From positions 173,786,001-173,850,000 of the forward strand of contig OZ038378.1 of assembly GCA_964036045.1 (NCBI GenBank): DNA of 64,000 nt. Reading direction: 5' to 3'. Source of the stretch: Eutreptiella sp. 'Long Island Sound 2002'. Taxonomy: Eukaryota > Protista > Euglenida. The position numbers and the translations under genes were made by a program. Below are positions 50,101 to 61,578 of this stretch, piece by piece. The notes below the pieces were generated by a model. It worked only from the letters and a program-made list of their open reading frames with translations. It did no database searches and had not been told where the DNA came from. Positions within the stretch are counted from its first letter, which is position 1. Each line of letters begins with the position of its first letter.

Positions 50101-53100
50101 AGCCAATGTCATTGTTAGGCCCGAGGGGCCCGTCGCTGGCACCGTGTCCCGGTGTCCGGTGGGCCAGCCCCGACTGCCTGCCTGCGCCGCTTTGGTGCCC
50201 GCCGACGAGGAAAGAAGACCTCAGTCCCCCCCCCACCGCGCGCCCAATCCCGTGAGGCACCCCCTCCCTCCCCTTTTGCTCAGCCTTTCTGGCAAACCCC
50301 TCATTTTGCTGTGAAACCCCCCGCTGGCCGTCGAGAGTTGAGGGTTCACTGTGAGCCGCGTCCCTGCGGGGGACAAAGCAGGGGCAGAGGCAGAGAGGGG
50401 CCGAGGAGCAAAACAGACAGAGCAAAGCGGAAGGCTGCAGAGTGGCATGTGGGGGCCTGCGGCCTTTTGCCAGCTGAGGAGCGGGGGAAAGGAAGGGCGG
50501 TTTGCCGACGCCTGCCTCGCCTTCCCCCCCCCCCCCCCCCCGCGTCTCTGACACGCTCACCCTCTCCGGTCTCTGGTACAGGGCGTCCAGCGCGGGCCAG
50601 GCCAGCCTGACGCCCGCAGCCCGGCGCCGTGCCACTGAGGCGGTCGTAAGCACCCTAGCCCTACCTTCCCTGTCCTTTGGTGATGTGTATGCCCTATGGG
50701 CATCACTGCCGTACCTGCACAGCCTTCAAGACCAGCCCCCCCCCCCCGCAACCCCCAGCGGTCGCCGTACAGGACCCCCAGGTATACGTGCCAGGGTCCT
50801 ACACCCTGGCGGCGTCACATTTGGTGCGGGGGCTCGCGTCCTAGCAGGTGTGCAGTGCAGGGCCCCTACATATTTCACTCCCAGTGGAGCCTAGCTGGCA
50901 CCCAGGAGCTCCGGTACTACTCATTATATGTCCGCCTGCGGCCGTGTGCTGGGCGCTTGCCCTACTTGCAGAGGCGGAAGCGCGTCCCTCGTGGGCTGGC
51001 GTGGCCTTGCTTACGGCTGTGCCTCCGGGTGACGGCGCCCTGCCCCTGCCTGCGCCTATGACACCCTATGCCTGCGGGCCATTGTGGCTTTACACCACAG
51101 CCGGTGTGGCCCAGCGGTGGGCCCTCACGCCGGCAGCCGCTCCCACGCACTAACTGTGAAGGAGTACGACTAGCAATGACCCAGGCTTGTGCGCGTTGTC
51201 AGGGAGGCTGAGGTAAGACGAGGTCCCCTCCTGCCCCCGACCCCCCGGCGCCGGTGACAGCACCGGGTCCATACAGGACAGCGCGCAGGAGACGGACGCA
51301 GCCAACGTAAAGGTAGCACCCCCCCCCCCCCCCGGGGCCCACCAACAGACCGTGACGGGGCCAGGCGCGGCCCAGCCGTGTGACCCGACGTGCCTCGCAG
51401 CCCCGCGCCACGCGTGCACCACACACACTAACGCGCGCGCCCACACACACATAGGCACAACGGCATCTCCCTCCCGCGTGTGCGGTACGGGGGCCGTCAG
51501 CAGTCCGGTAGGCCTTGTGACCGGACAGCCGGGAGTTGTCCAGCCCAATCACGCGGCGCAGGGAAGGACGCACGCGGTGGGTCTGGCCGTCCGGGGGAGC
51601 CCTTCACCCAACCCAACCCAACCCAACCCCCCCTCCCCCCGTCCTGGTGCCCCTCGGACTGGGGGGTCCAGTGCGCTGCTGCGCCTGCGGACCCCCCACG
51701 ATATGCACCGACTGCCACCATCTGACACGCACCCGACAGCGCCTTGCAGCGCTCAACACGCACCCAACAGCGCAGGTGCGTGTCGTGTGCTGTTGAGTGC
51801 GTCTCGAACATGAGATGGGGTGTAGAGCCATGTTCATGTGGGGAATTGGGGGCGCCCAAAGATCTGAGCAGTGGGCTGGGTCCCCCCCCCCTGGCCCAGG
51901 GATACATTGGAAGGGGCGGAGGTCCCCCCCCCCCCCCACACCTCCGGGTTGTCCAGCCTATGCCAAGATACCATCTCCCTGACGGCACGTGCCAGCTTCA
52001 ATGGCATTTGCAACCGACAGCAACCGCCTCCAACCGCTTTGGCAGCGGCATCCAACCGCCTGTCTAACCGCTTCTGAGGCCCCTTACCTTCTAATGCATC
52101 CCTGCCCCCGCCCCCCAGTCCCACTCTCACCTACCAACGGATTGTGGACAATTTCCTCCTGAAAACTCGAAGCAGTGCGTGCACTCGGAAGTACCGACCG
52201 GCACACTTGCTGAGCCTTCATGGCAACCCCCCCCCCCCCCCCGCCCCCATTGCCAAGTCCATGTCATCCAATCATTGCACTGCCCCATCTCACGACAGGG
52301 GGCGCCACCAAAGGGGTGATGATGACGAATGGGGACGGCACGGTGCCCTTGGTGAGCCTGGGGTACATGTGCTCCAAAGGCTGGCAGTCCCGGCGGTACA
52401 ATCCCCACGGCATTCAGGTCCGCACGCGGGAATACTCGCATCAGACCACGGGCCTGGGCCTGCTCCCGTCGCGCGGGGAACGGACCGGGGACCATGTGGA
52501 TGTGCTGGGGAACACGGAGATGATTACGGATATGCTGAAGATTGCGGCAGGTGCTCAGGGGTGTCGTCTGTGCGTCGGCGTCATGCCCGGAGGCGGATTG
52601 CTGAGGCAGGGGTGGCACTTCATGCCATCGTAGATATGCAGTAGTTCATTGGATATTGAGGGGGCACTCTGGGCCAGGGGGGTGCGGTGGTGTCGGGGTG
52701 TGCTGTTTTATCTGCAAAAAATAGTCAACACGCACGATCGCTGCCGGTTTGGTGGCAGTGGTGGCCATCACCAGCTTGGTGGCCTTGTGCATTCTGCAGT
52801 GAAACACATATTGTCTCTCTTAAGGACGCTCGTTTGGCTGTGGCAGTGAAAGTTGGCGCCGAGACCAAGGAAATTGTCGACCTAAGCCCATGCACCAGCA
52901 ATGTGAAGAGCAAGGTCTCATCGTACGCCTAGCGAATCAAGACCACGTGAAACTCTTTTTTTCCCCTTCAGCTTAGACCAATTTTGCTGTGAAAATTCGT
53001 GCGAAAGGAATTTTGTTTTGTACTGTGAGACAGGGGTCATGGGAATGATCTGCGCACCCGCTGCAAATAATAGTGACATTATGGGAAACGGAGCCATTTG

Positions 53101-54646
53101 ATGAGAAACAATATCCACACCCTCAAACGGCAAGCAATCGCATCAAAGCAAACGGCAATCATTGCATAAAGGATGCATCGGGCGCCCCGAACAAAAGGGC
53201 CGTGTCACACAAACCCGCCAAACGCCCCGGTCGGTGCTTTGTGCCCCGTTGCCATGTGCTGCTTTTTGCTTTTCTGTCTGTGCATTTGGTGTGCCGTTTG
53301 CTCTCGCTAGTTGAGAGAGGGCCCACCCAAAGCCGAGCACATGTATCGAGGGGGGTAGTGAATTGGTTGCTTCTTTCAACCGCTCCGTTTGTGGGAGCTC
53401 CATCAATCCCTTCCGGCGCAAACTTGGGGCATCGTGGTGCGCTGGGGATTCCCCGATACCGTTGAGTGGTGCGGTCCATCATGTGTGATGAGCATGACAC
53501 GACATGACCTGTGACCGATGGGCCACAGCCCACACTGGCGGTACAAACTATGGACTGCATCCCAAAGGGCCCACATCTTGTCTCTAAAGGGGGCTCCTTG
53601 CCGCAGGGGGTGTGTTGTGACTGTCGCTGGGGAGTCCCCCACTGTGGCTGACTTGTCGGAAAGAGCAATGCTATCTGACACATTCTTTTAGTCTTGCATG
53701 CCTCACACAGCGGGGGTCGTGTTGTGCAGTTCACTGCTTACAGTCAGACCAAAAATTACCAGGGACAAAAATTAGCAGAGGTGGCCTTTTGTTTTGACAA
53801 TTTTTTCCTTGGTAATTTTTTCCCACTGTTGATGCACTGACGCACCACCAATGATGCCGCCTTGTGTGAGTGTGTGAATGTTGTAGTCATTCTTTCCACT
53901 TGTTGTCCACCACTATGCAGCCCCTTCCCATAATGCAACAATATGTACTGGTGGTGGATGCGTTTCCGATCACTGCTTTGCATCGTTCTCTGGGTCAGAT
54001 CCACTGTGGCTAAGTACCAGAACCAACACAATTGTTTGGTAATTTTTAGTCGGACTGTAATATACCAATGCTAATTGTGTGCACCATCTGTTGTGTATTT
54101 GTGTGTGTCTTCACACCCGGAATGTGCATCCATCTCTGTATCATGCACTGTGCACGCACGATGGGGCGCAGAAACACGCAATGAAGGTCATCAGAATTTG
54201 GCGTATTGAACATGTGTGACCATCACAGTGCACATGCCGCTGGACCATGTCGGATCATGACAATGGTATGATGAGCAGCAGAAATGCATGGTCTCAACAC
54301 ACGTGCCGGGGTCTGCCTTCCGCGTCACTACTGTACTGTGGCACGGTGTGTGCACACTCACACCCATGAACCTTTCTGAGCCCGGACCATTGCATATCAT
54401 ATTTCAAATCTGACGCAATGCAACTCAAGAGAGCGCGATACTGACAATACGCGGGCTGTGTGCAATCTGTACCCCAGGTCAAATGGAGCAACCACCGTTC
54501 TTTGCGGGCACATGGGACGGGTGGTCGGAGTGTCCTGCAGCCATCTCAGAACTGCTTGCCCGCCACTCACCACAGGGCACGGGACGGCGCTCGAGGACCG
54601 CATCGAGTCCAACATTTTGCAGATGGTCGAGAAGATCAAAGTGTGA
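32476..54646 (+). CDS. PDAT: Phospholipid:diacylglycerol acyltransferase (LCAT/LRO1 family), 11 visible exons plus at least one missing
   Basis: Exons 32476-32816, 33442-33688, [missing], 35620-35739, 37059-37202, 37711-37889, 38299-38495, 40533-40729, 45367-45535, 48451-48581, 52299-52550, 54576-54646. Basic N-terminus plus TM helix; YFRQRMW..CWMNHI, GLDP..KLRPAQG, GYWVW, YDWRL, GHSMG (Ser), WTNPLE..LP.AP.MKIYCLYGVG, GDGTVP (Asp), DHVDVLG (His). Phases agree except across the N gap. Confidence 0.93.
34641..34840. other. Assembly gap (200 N)
   Basis: Run of N. Confidence 1.
41068..41267. mobile_element. MITE copy, truncated on the right; same family as 51897-52104
   Basis: cagggatgcattgga...ccagcctatgcc...tcaatggcatttgtaaccgacagtaaccgcc shared with 51897-52104. 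Confidence 0.7.
42745..42964 (+). mobile_element. Poly(C)-ended interspersed repeat, copy 1
   Basis: gcacctggtcaatggc...ttcggacccacagagggtc...ggccaataggcaccgcc...gtgccaa(C)16. Confidence 0.65.
44765..45140 (+). mobile_element. Poly(C)-ended interspersed repeat, copy 2 (diverged, longer)
   Basis: gcacctggccaacggc...ggccagtaggcgccgcc...acaccatggcgtcgtgccaaaa(C)11. Confidence 0.55.
46270..46313. repeat. (GT)n microsatellite
   Basis: Direct reading. Confidence 0.95.
47131..47189. repeat. (CA)n microsatellite
   Basis: Direct reading. Confidence 0.95.
47231..47365. mobile_element. 135-bp hairpin MITE
   Basis: ccggtcagtgtgccggggatt / aattcctggcacactgaccgg, a 21-bp IR with 2 mismatches. Confidence 0.6.
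48653..48761 (+). mobile_element. Poly(C)-ended interspersed repeat, copy 3 (short)
   Basis: aaaacacgttcggacccacagagggtc...ggccaataggcgccgcc...acaccatggcctcgt(C)14. Confidence 0.65.
51897..52104. mobile_element. 208-bp MITE with 18-bp TIR
   Basis: cagggatacattggaagg / ccttctaatgcatccctg (2 mismatches). Confidence 0.75.
53741..54057. mobile_element. Tc1/mariner-type MITE
   Basis: TA|cagtcagaccaaaaattacca ... tggtaatttttagtcggactg|TA; CAGT termini with a TA duplication. Confidence 0.8.
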
Positions 54647-57506
54647 GGCGTGTGGCTGCGACGGTGTGGACCGCTCAGCGGCTGCGGCGCTGTAGTCCGC
54701 TGTCTTTGAAAATCCCTCCCACAGGCCCTCGGGGCTTGTGCGTGTCCCCGTGGGGAAGGGGGCGGGCAGGGGTCCGCGGTGGCCCCGCGAGCGGACCAAG
54801 AATGCCCCAATGGGACCGAAAATGATGGTTCGCCTGTGGCCATCGCCCGCACGCTCTGCCTCTACCCCGACCCAGTGTATCGGTATCCCGCGTCGTGGGT
54901 GTTTGCCCCCCCCACGACCTCGTGCCCCACACAAAGCACACCCATGCGGCAAACCTACTCCACCCTTGTGGACCCCCCCCCCCCCACCCCCACACCGCTT
55001 CACCCATGTCACATTCTGCAGTTCAGGCAATTCACGCATTGGGGCACGGTCGGGCTGTGTTTGGGGCGCCAGAGGGTGGGTTTGGTGGTCGCGCGCGCCG
55101 GAAGGGATACCCAAGGTGCGCAGGTGCCCCCTCGACCTCTTTTCCACCGCATTATATTATACTATACAGTGGATGGCAGTCTGGTGACTACACCTTTGTG
55201 TAAATGAACATCAATATCTCAATCAGTTATAGATCAGCGGTTCTTGCTTTCGCCTGCAATTATGCGGCCATTCTCAACTGAAATTGTCATGTACAGTGAT
55301 CCTTACCTTACATTGTCATTCTGCCACCACTGTGTGCATCTGGACCATCTACTGGAGCAAACAAAAAAACACACTGTGATGGCGGACATCCTGTCCTTTG
55401 ATTGAGCACATCAAGTGCCACAGGGTCAGGGTTTTAAGAAACAGCTTTCCTTGTCAAATGTGAGCATAGCTGAACGCCATGTGCTGCTGTGTTCCAGAGA
55501 TGACAACCTCCGAAGTCATCGCTTGGAATTTTGAATGCTATGCCCTGTGAGTTGACGGGACGGACGTTCTGTCTTCCACGCATTCGGAGCTGTGCACTTT
55601 CCACCAGTGCTTTTACCGTCGTTCTTGTTAGGGGGGGCTACTACCCCAGCCCGAGCCTTGTCCCAGCCATACCTCGAAATCCAGCATCTCAGGCTGAGCC
55701 CGAATGAGGCAGTGGGTGCAGTCCGGTGGGGCGACAGAGTGCCGCATGCGCAGGTGGGCCGGGCCGCAATATTGGGCAAAGGCGGTGTACGGCTCCCCAA
55801 ATGGAGCCCTGCTTGCTCGAGGACAGCGCGGGGCTTTCAGGCCCATGAGAGCACCTCGGTCGCACCGCGCGCACCGCGCGTGAGGCACTCTCCATGCGCA
55901 AGGTCGATGCTGCTGGACGTTGCACCACCGCCGTACACAAGGGAGGTGCCGTGCAGCCATTGGGCTCGCCGCTGGTGGTGATCCCCCTTGGGGTGGGGTG
56001 AGGGGCAGGCCTGTGGGCAGTCATGCCAGACCGGCGCCGTGTTAGTTTGTCTCCGACTCTAGACATGCCAAACGAACTCTACTTGAGTCTCATCCCCAGA
56101 CCTTCGGACGCATTGCAGTCAAACCACGTTGACCAGTGCGTCCACGGCTCTCCGTACGGCCCTCCGTGCCATTCTGGTGCACCCTCCGCCCCGGCCGGTC
56201 CTCCCGCTGCTTCTGGAGGCTGTTGCCCTCCCGCCGCCATCCGCCGGCACAGTCTGGGCCGTGTCTCCTGCACACTGCAGCAGCACCCCCTTGTCGGCCT
56301 GGAGTGAATGTGACAGGGAGGGGCCGTGTTTGCCTGCTTCCACGCGGTGGGTGGCCTTATGCGACTGCCGGCAAGTCCCTCGGCGCATGGGCGTGGCTTA
56401 AGCGCCTTCGTGATGCTGCACCGTTTATAAACCCATTCATTTCCGCCGTCCCCCCGGGCCTCAGCTCTCAGGGACACGGCACTCCTGCCCATCGCCACCC
56501 CCCGTGCCCTGCCGTACGTGCCAGCGGCTGCACGGGGCGCGCGCGGCACTGGGGCCGACGCCAACCGCCACAAAGGTGCGGCGGGGTCCACAAACGGCGA
56601 GCTTCGCGATCGAAGTCGCGAATGCAAAGCATCCGATGGGCACGTCTGGATTAGTTTTACCGACAGCAGCTGAAGATGCAGGATCCCTCCAGCACCGCGC
56701 GCGCACCGTGCAGCCCCCCCCCCCCCCGCCCCCCCGCCCCCCCGCCCCCCGAAACAAAACAAACAAGGCCCTTCCTCGTCACCGCCTGTTCCCCTGACCG
56801 ACCCTGTCTGACTTCCGAACCCCCGAAAAGACGTGGGCTGATGAGTGTTCCGCTGTTTTCTTTCGTTTGGGGGGGCAACCAAAGGACTGGCGGGGGGTCA
56901 TTCGGTGGACTTTGTCCTGGAACCCACTGCCCACTCCCGCTGTGGCAGGAAACAGCCCGATTTCAGCGAATGTTATTGTAATTGAACTCCTTGCCTTTGG
57001 GCCAGGCATCAGCACAGCCTTGCCTAGCAACAGCATCCCCATCTGACCGTCAGTTTTCCCCGACTTCAGCTGTGCTTTTGCAAGGCGGGGGCTTACCTTT
57101 ACCCTCCAACCCCCAGCCAGGGCACGCCACGCTTTGTCAAAGCCACCCCTGCCCCTGCACAGATAACGCGTTGTCCCAACAAACACACAGATGTTGTTTA
57201 GGCCAAGGTTTGACGGATTGGATTTTGCAGTTCCTTTTTTTTGGTTGCATCAGAGCTGCCTGTGTTTGCTGTGGGTTGTAGCACGATTCGCTGCAGTGCT
57301 ACTGCTTCCCCCGAGATGGTTTGCAGTTGTGCTCAAGGTCATCAGTGAAGTCTGCCTGATCTTGCAGGCAAACGGCCGTGTTCAGGCATTGCATTTGCTG
57401 CTGTTCTGGATTCTCTTCGTGGTTTGTCTGCGCAAATGGTGCGGGCCATATTAATTTTGCACTGAATTTCATAAAGCCGGATGTCGTAGAGAGTCAAATC
57501 AAAGTA

Positions 57507-58097
57507 CCCCCCCTCCCCCTTGCGCAAGCACGGCCTTGTCTAAGCACGAAGACCCCGTGTGACCGTTGTTTTGATGGGTTTTTCTGACCACGGTTTTTAT
57601 GGTCAGAAATTCATTGTTTCGTGATTGTGCACTGATTGTACAGGGAAAGAAGGGCTGGGTCATGTTTGTGATGGTTCCTCTTGCTCACAACAACATTCTG
57701 ATTGGTACTGCAACCCAATGGAACCTGATTCTGATTCTGATTCTAGTCATGATAGTGGCACTGATTCCGAGCTCCTCACTTCTGCTCCAAAGCCTGCCCC
57801 GAAGGGGAAACATGTACAACTATTTCAGATGAAGCGCAAGGTTGGAAAGGGTTTCTATTCCGTACCCGTTGATGGGCAGTAAGGACACGAGGACCATGCT
57901 GAATTTTGCCTACACGTTGTGTTCTAGTGCCATGTTTGTGAGTGATGTGCTTGGTGTGGGGTACGGGCAGGTTTTCTGTGTGTAGTGTCTCTTTGTGTTG
58001 CGCGTCACGCGCAAGCACGGGCTTGTCTAAGCACGGGGACCCCGTGTGACCGTTGTTTTTCTGACCTTGGCCGTGCTTGCGCAAGGGGGGGGGAGGG
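57507..58097 (+). mobile_element. TA-flanked C-run TIR element B
   Basis: TA|C-run-ttgcgcaagcacggcc ... ggccgtgcttgcgcaa-G-run|TA; ~50-bp subterminal direct repeat; ORF ending HVQLFQMKRKVGKGFYSVPVDGQ* at 57882. Confidence 0.8.
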
Positions 58098-59163
58098 TAG
58101 GCCTTTTGGTGTGCAACGCGGTGCGTTGCTGTGTTGCAAGTGGCTGCCCAATGGTCCAAGGGCACTTCAGTGTGCACGCAAAGTGTTGGCACTGCGGCAG
58201 CTGCCGAGACCCTTGTGTGAAGGCATGTCACACATCTTTGCAGCGTATCCTAATCCCCTTCTTGACCAACCCCTTCTTTTATTTCCTCTTTTCGTTGTCA
58301 TAATGTTCTGGTCTACAAGTCTTAGACTACCGCAAGGGCGGCTGCGAGTGTAAATGATGGAGACAATGGATGTGCATGACAGTGCGCATGTGGTGCCCCC
58401 TGACCAGCCAGTCTGGCCAGTCTCTGAATCCAATGTGAACCAGAACCGATGCTGCATGTCATGCCACATTACAACGATGTATCACACACACAGCAAAGTG
58501 CTGGACTACGCACTCAAAATAAAATGATGTAAAGCAAAGGCAGTGTCCGACTTCTGCAAAACGGTGCAGGAAGCCCTGAAGCACCACATTTTACCCTGAA
58601 TCTAGTGTTTAGCAATAATATTTACGGGTCTGAGCGGACGGGAGTGAGCTGATCTGAACCGGACGGGGGGGGGATCATCCTCTCTTTTGTACATAGTTTG
58701 ATGATTCGAGCCGCCAGTCGGCCATTTCAGTTTGAGCTGGTCGCTATCTGGTCACGTGGCACCACGCGTTTGTTTTGGGGTGATGAGGCAGGACAGGACA
58801 AGGGGGGGGGGTCACAAGCAAAATTTTGCTTTACACAGCTCACACACCATCTGCGAGCCCTTTTTCGAGCGTCGTACAATGGAAGTGGTGCGTTCGCTGC
58901 TGCAAACAGCCCCTGTTCTGCTCATGCTCGATGTACAAGACTGTCTGTGGCCTGTGGAGTTGAGTCTGCTGCCTCGTGATACCGCCACCCCACCACTTTG
59001 AGATCTTTGAGCGCTTCCTAGTGATTGAGCGGTCAACATGCTTTGCCATGTATCCAGGAGCACAGTTTGTACCACGTTGGTTCTGTGGTGCATGCCAGAA
59101 AGCCCCAAGTACAAACCCTGTCGTATGGGAGGGGGGAGGTGACAAGTCCCCCGCCCCCCCCCG

Positions 59164-59230
59164 CCTTGTCCAAACAACGCGAGGTGTTGTTTCTGCAACT
59201 TTTTGGAACTTTTCCGTTGTTTGGACAAGG
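59164..59230. mobile_element. 67-bp minimal MITE related to element C
   Basis: Perfect 16-bp IR ccttgtccaaacaacg / cgttgtttggacaagg. Confidence 0.55.
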
Positions 59231-59480
59231 TGGTGGGCCGGGTGGGTAACCATTATGAGGAGCCTGTGCACACTGCCAGGCACACTTACACCATCGCTAT
59301 CTTGGAGATCTCCTCCTCCTCAATATTCCTTTGGGGCCGGGAGATGGGTGACGGAACCGTGGACTGGACATCTTTGTCGGGAATGAACAATGATAACATT
59401 GTGGGGCTGTAAGCCCCCCCCCCCCCCGCTCAAGCAAGCCCTTGGAGGCAGCCCCTGTACCATGTGCCACTCACTAATTA

Positions 59481-60212
59481 CCCCCCCCCCCCCCGTGTCC
59501 AAGCAACGCCCATGTCCAAGCAACACTAGGCGTTGGGGGTCCGTCAATTTTTGCACTGTTGATTTTGGCGGTGTGTTTTTCAATTTGTTCTACTGTGTGC
59601 CATGTGTGCTTCGTGATACCTTGGTTTTGAGATGCACTTTGTTCATATTTTGTGTCAAGGCAGCTCTGTTGGCCAAGAGGACTGCCGCATGTGACAAGGT
59701 TGAGATAAGTGGTAACTTCGACAGGTGGATGTCGCAACAATATTGTGAATGGATTAGTGACAAAGTTGATGAGCGGAACCTGTCCGACAAGAGTCCCATC
59801 CCTTGCCCAGACCATCGGGAGTTTGCAAACGTGGTGGCTGCAGTTTGTGCCCAAACCTGCACCCAAACCTCCAGCAAAGCGTGATGCACAGGGCAAGAAG
59901 AAGAAGCACGTCCAACAGTTCACAAAGCGGTATAGCTTGACCAAGAAGGGCTTCATTTCCGAGCCTGTGGACGTGTAACGTTCAATGTTTTCAAGCTGCA
60001 TGTGCCAGTGCTTGGTCTGCAATGCGCAGTGTTTTGTTGCATATGTCAACCCTTTGCTTGTGTACCACCATCTCCGCTTCAAGCCCCCTGAGGACGGGCT
60101 ACACATGTATCACGCAAGTTGCGGCGCATAAGCAACACACGTATCCAAGCAACACTAGGCATTGGTTCTGTCAATGTCTGGTCATTTACCGTTGCTTGGA
60201 CAAGGGGGGGGG
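59481..60212 (+). mobile_element. C-run TIR element C
   Basis: TA|C14-gtgtccaagcaacg ... cgttgcttggacaa-G9|TG; tccaagcaacactaggc repeated at 59515 and 60144; ORF ending HVQQFTKRYSLTKKGFISEPVDV* at 59978. Confidence 0.75.
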
Positions 60213-60823
60213 TGCCTGCCCACTTCACGCACAGAACTAAGTAAGACCCATGTTCATTGCATGACCCATTAAGGCCCAGTCATGCGGATGCTGGTCGCAG
60301 GTCTGGGGATCACTTTCCCAACGTTCGCCCATGTTTGGCCAGGGAGGGGGAGGGGGGTTACCCGGTCCATGCAAAACCCGAGGCCGGTCCTCGCCATCTT
60401 TGGTGCTCGCGGACCGAGGACCAGCGGAACTCGCTGCAGAGTACGTCAAGCGCTGGCCCGGCGGCGCGCGCCTGTGCGCTCTGTGGTCATCTGCCCCTCG
60501 CACTACCGGTCTCCCGACCCATGTCCTTTCCCTGACGGGGCTGGGGTGGTAGGCACCCCCAGGGGGCGTACCGTGCGCTGTGCGCGCGCTGTGCGAAAAG
60601 TAGGCCATTCTCCACCACCGGTAGGCAGTTTTTTGGGTGTAGGATCGCCGGAGGGTACTATTGCCATTGTGTATCCTTGTAGCATCAACCCTCCCCCTTC
60701 TTGCGTGTATGTACCCTTGCAAACGGGCACCCTGAGGCCGGTATATGGTGATACATTCTCAGGGTGTCGGTCGCGGGGCATCATCTTTTGCTCTCATTTC
60801 TCAGACCCTCTATTGCATTCACC

Positions 60824-61230
60824 ATGGACTTTAATGTTGGAGATATGGTGTTCTACACTCGCTCCAATGGGGTGCGAGTTCCTGCCACAGTGGTGGGGTT
60901 TGCGCCCGACGGATTAGTCCACTTGGAGTATTTCCGAGACGCGGTGAAGGTGGTGAATCGGCAGTGCAAAGTTAAGTCCATCTCCTTTGCCATCCCGAGT
61001 GCCGACTCACCGCCCCCTCATTTCCCGTATCTTGTGACCCATTTCACTGATGCCATGCCAATCAGTTCTATTGGTGGTGCTCTTTCCGATATACTATTCA
61101 ACCCCAAGTATACGGGTTGTGTGTAGAAGATTACCGTGGCCGTGGACCACTTGGGTAACATTGTGTGGATATGCCGTGTCCTACCCTAGTGCCCATGTTA
61201 AGATCCGGGACACCGTAATAACTGGCGCTG
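60824..61230 (+). pseudogene. SH3/Tudor-like N-terminus joined to a second decayed Harbinger-like DDE transposase fragment
   Basis: MDFNVGDMVFYTRSNGVRVPATVVGFAPDGLVHLEY...TDAMPISSIGGALSDILFNPKYTGCV*KITVAVDHLGNIVWIC, then a frameshift to SAHVKIRD. Aligns by eye with FAPKYADEVYKLLLLVDQLG at 13270-13335. Confidence 0.6.
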
Positions 61231-61471
61231 TGCGAAAACGCCCCCCCAGTCAGGGATTAACTGTGATTGTTGCCGCTGCTGCTGTGCCTCGACCCATGCC
61301 CCCCTTGCATACCTGATGCAGGACGGCATTCATGGGGCATGGCAAGCGGGGCTCGTTTTGGACCGCGAGTCCGTGACACTCGGGAAGGTACAACCCTCCG
61401 CATTCGAGTGCTTGTTATACTATACCCCGTCCTATTTCCACAGGAGGTGCACGTGCATAGACGCACGGCTA

Positions 61472-61578
61472 AGTGGCCGGCATTGCTCCGTGCTGTTCTT
61501 TACGTCTGCGGGGCACACACACGGTACAGTGGCCGGCATTGCTCGGTGCTGTTCTTTACGTCTGCGGGGCACACACAC
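61472..61578. repeat. 56-bp tandem duplication
   Basis: agtggccggcattgctc(c/g)gtgctgttctttacgtctgcggggcacacacac at 61472 and 61528. Confidence 0.9.

Noticed and set aside
2732-54646. Euglenid-type nonconventional introns
   Set aside because: All introns I could assign have GT-AG or GC-AG borders with consistent phases.
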